DNA from: Pocillopora damicornis | Taxonomy: Eukaryota | DNA length: 64,000 bases | Assembly (NCBI RefSeq): GCF_003704095.1 | Contig: NW_020847349.1 | Coordinates: forward strand, 124,001 to 188,000 | Reading direction: 5' to 3' | Part shown: piece by piece, positions 62,814 to 64,000 of the stretch | How the letters are laid out: each line of letters starts with the position of its first letter | Position numbering within the stretch: the stretch's first letter is position 1 | Made by a program: the position numbers and the translations under genes | The notes under the pieces: model-generated | What the model saw: only the letters and a program-made list of their open reading frames with translations | The model's database searches: none | What the model was told of the DNA's origin: nothing

Positions 62814-63529
62814 NNNNNNNNNNNNNNNNNNNNNNNNNNNNNNNNNNNNNNNNNNNNNNNNNNNNNNNNNNNNNNNNNNNNNNNNNNNNNNNNNNNNNNN
62901 NNNNNNNNNNNNNAAGTGGTGTAGATGTGTCTGACCAGAGAACTTTAGCTAATGAAGGGGTCACTCTGGGGTAAAATTAATAAAACAAAACAAAGAAGAA
63001 GGAAAGAAATAAAAACAAAACAGCCCCATGTGAGTGGTGTGCATGTAAGTTCAAACAAAAAGCTCAAGAGAATGTGACGCAGTTGTCGCGTATGGCCCCT
63101 AATGTGTACACCAGTATGTACTAGTATGTCACTTGAATGTAACTGTGTCACTCAAAGTACTCTTGTGGTGTATTAGACATGACCACTATTTTCCTCTAAC
63201 AATGCCAAATGTCCTTCTCATTCAACAATTGCTGCTATTTCGACAACCTCTATTTGAGATGTGATATGGCATTTATTTAAAGGAGGTTTGTTGAATTAGT
63301 GTTGCCGTTCAGCTTAAGCAGAAGCTCAGAATGGATTGCTATGTGTGCGCTCTGTAAGTCCAGGTTTCAATCACAAAATTAAGCATGTAATCTAGACAAA
63401 ACTATTTTGATTCCATCAACACTGGCAGTTTTTACAGGAGTTTTTATTTCAAATTTCGTAAATATTGCGAACTTTCTGAGTCATGGTTGTCTCATGGTCA
63501 TTCCTAATTTATCTTTATTTATCTTGCAG

Positions 63530-63833
63530 TACTTGTCCAATAGCCGATGCTTAGATGTGTAACTGATGTTGCCATTCTGTTTGCAGGAAAATAGTGCCTG
63601 CAACTTCTATATGTGGAAGCAGCCAAGAATGAGCTCCTGTCAAAACTTATTTGCCATCAAAATGATGGAAGGCATAACAGCCAAGTGCTTGAGCTGTGAG
63701 AGGGATGTGCCCCTTGAGGATATTAGGCAGCACATTGTCCTAGACTGCCAGGAAATTGTGCAGCACTGTGGCTCGTGTGCAGCAGAATTTTAATGGGAAG
63801 ATGTGATGCAACACAGTCAGTCTGCCCACAAGA
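63530..63833 (+). pseudogene. Relic of a TRAF-type zinc-finger (possibly RING + ZnF) gene
   Basis: CLSCERDVPLEDIRQHIVLDCQEIVQHCGSCAAEF*WEDVMQH has zf-TRAF Cys/His spacing with an in-frame stop. Upstream CPI...CCHSVCRK (other frame, stops) is RING-like. Confidence 0.45.
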
Positions 63834-64000
63834 GGAGATATAGTGTTCCTGTGGCTAACAATTGCTCCACAAAGAGGAACAAAAACATTTGAAAGCACAT
63901 TGCTATCATATCAACATTTCCTGCCCCCTGGGGTGTATTTCAACTTTGAAAAGGTAAAAATAATGTTATGCCCAGTTCACCTAATACCCAATAGAGTAAT

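Overview
AT-rich, intron-containing animal DNA, probably an anthozoan such as a stony coral (inferred from repeat types and gene content). It is a draft scaffold of at least 8 pieces joined by fixed 100-N gaps (10420, 21014, 23391, 37976, 47670, 58524, 62814), plus three sized gaps. Most of the window holds two diverged copies of one large single-pass receptor gene, broken across contigs: A 2.6-10.4 kb (+), A' 10.5-21 kb (-), D 21.1-23.4 kb, B 23.5-38 kb and C 38-47.7 kb. I spliced it by hand into: signal peptide, at least 5 YWTD beta-propeller+EGF modules, a QQSSTT mucin-like VNTR stalk, EGF, a SEA-like domain, a TM helix and a tail with two NPxY motifs and further Tyr motifs. No LDL-A repeats or PPPSP motifs are visible, so it does not match LRP4/5/6. 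The copies differ mainly in the ligand-face loops of the propellers, in stalk length (19 vs 25 repeats) and in one ITSM-like tyrosine. That pattern suggests a diversifying recognition-receptor pair. Also present: the 3' end of HEI10/CCNB1IP1 and a truncated duplicate of it, an avidin-family gene with an altered biotin pocket, Penelope-type hammerhead motifs, tRNA-derived SINE heads, a LINE RT relic, a TRAF-type zinc-finger relic and several tandem repeats.
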